Shown one piece after another: positions 63,327-64,000 of a stretch of 64,000 nucleotides of DNA (positions are counted from its first letter, which is position 1; each line of letters opens with the position of its first letter). The notes under the pieces were generated by a model that did not search any database, was not told the origin of the DNA, and saw only the letters and a list, made by a program, of their open reading frames with translations. The stretch lies in assembly GCA_029953675.1 (NCBI GenBank), contig JAMWBK010000004.1, forward strand, positions 1,426,001 to 1,490,000. The letters run 5' to 3'. The position numbers were made by a program, and so were the translations under genes. Origin of the DNA: Rhodosorus marinus CCMP1338 (Eukaryota > Plantae > Rhodophyta).

Positions 63327-64000
63327 CTAGCCACCACGGCTCCCATTCGTCTTTCGATGGCAACGGAAACGCGTTTTCCTATCACAGACCGCTCTGATGT
63401 ACAGGTTCGTCGGTAGTTGACTCCTTTCATCTTGAACTGCCACTAGTCGCTGCCGGTTATCTTATGTAGGTATCATCTTGAGCGACCAACCGAGTGGCAT
63501 GCTTTCATATGAGGTGTAGCTGCACAACTTCAGTGTTGTATTGTGGCCAGCGCTTCAGATATATCCCAGTCCAGCCCTTTGCCTGCGCACTACAGAGGGC
63601 GGAAAAGAGCACGGCCCCCAGAAAAAAAGGGGGTAGCAATACAAACACGAGACGTATGGGGCTCAAAAGGAAGTGAACAGATGATAAAGATCAGTGTCCT
63701 ACTAAACCAAGCAACGCTCTCCACCTTCACATTTTTGAGAAGAGATTCCCAACCCTCGTATCCTGGAAAACTATTGTCCAATAGTTAAAATGCACGTGTC
63801 CTATTCCTTAAAAAAAGGAGCGTCCCAAGCAGAAAATTCATATTTTAGCCGTTGCCGACCGTGTTTATTTTGTTTTTGGAAGGTTTTGACAGGATTTTGT
63901 TGGTTTGGGCGGGGTTTCAAAAGTTTTTTTTGGCAGGATTTAACCCAGAACCGCATTGCATGCCATTCCATGGCTTAGATCGAGCTGACAGTCTAATTTG

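Overview
Gene-dense eukaryotic nuclear DNA with short GT-AG introns. It is most likely from a unicellular red alga (inferred from M-x(0-3)-[AG]FV-type plastid transit peptides on ChlD, G6PD and glyoxalase, a nuclear chlD, a fused BIO3-BIO1 and compact introns). About 20 protein genes can be supported: BIO3-BIO1 (runs off the left edge), a mitochondrial-type protein with a dsRBD-like C-terminus, a disordered orphan, a GNAT, a two-domain glyoxalase I-like protein, LIN54/TSO1, an S9A peptidase, IMP3, VPS51, CHLD, plastid G6PD, PPIL1, thiolase, eIF3i, four consecutive RRM genes with organelle-type presequences, MAT1, Josephin and GDAP2. Two transposon graveyards lie at about 3.2-7.0 kb (rearranged Ty1/copia) and 13.2-18.3 kb (CRE/RLE non-LTR fossils, a hAT fossil, a copia LTR plus leader, a long palindrome and tandem repeats). 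The most notable oddities are the RRM gene cluster, a glyoxalase I that has lost its usual catalytic metal site, a highly structured ~225-nt element in a MAT1 intron, a 102-bp satellite with a flipped hairpin core, a same-strand CAGGGT array, and repeated fold-back inverted duplications. No tRNA, rRNA or CRISPR array was recognised. All calls come from manual reading; gene starts and exon boundaries are predictions, not database-verified.
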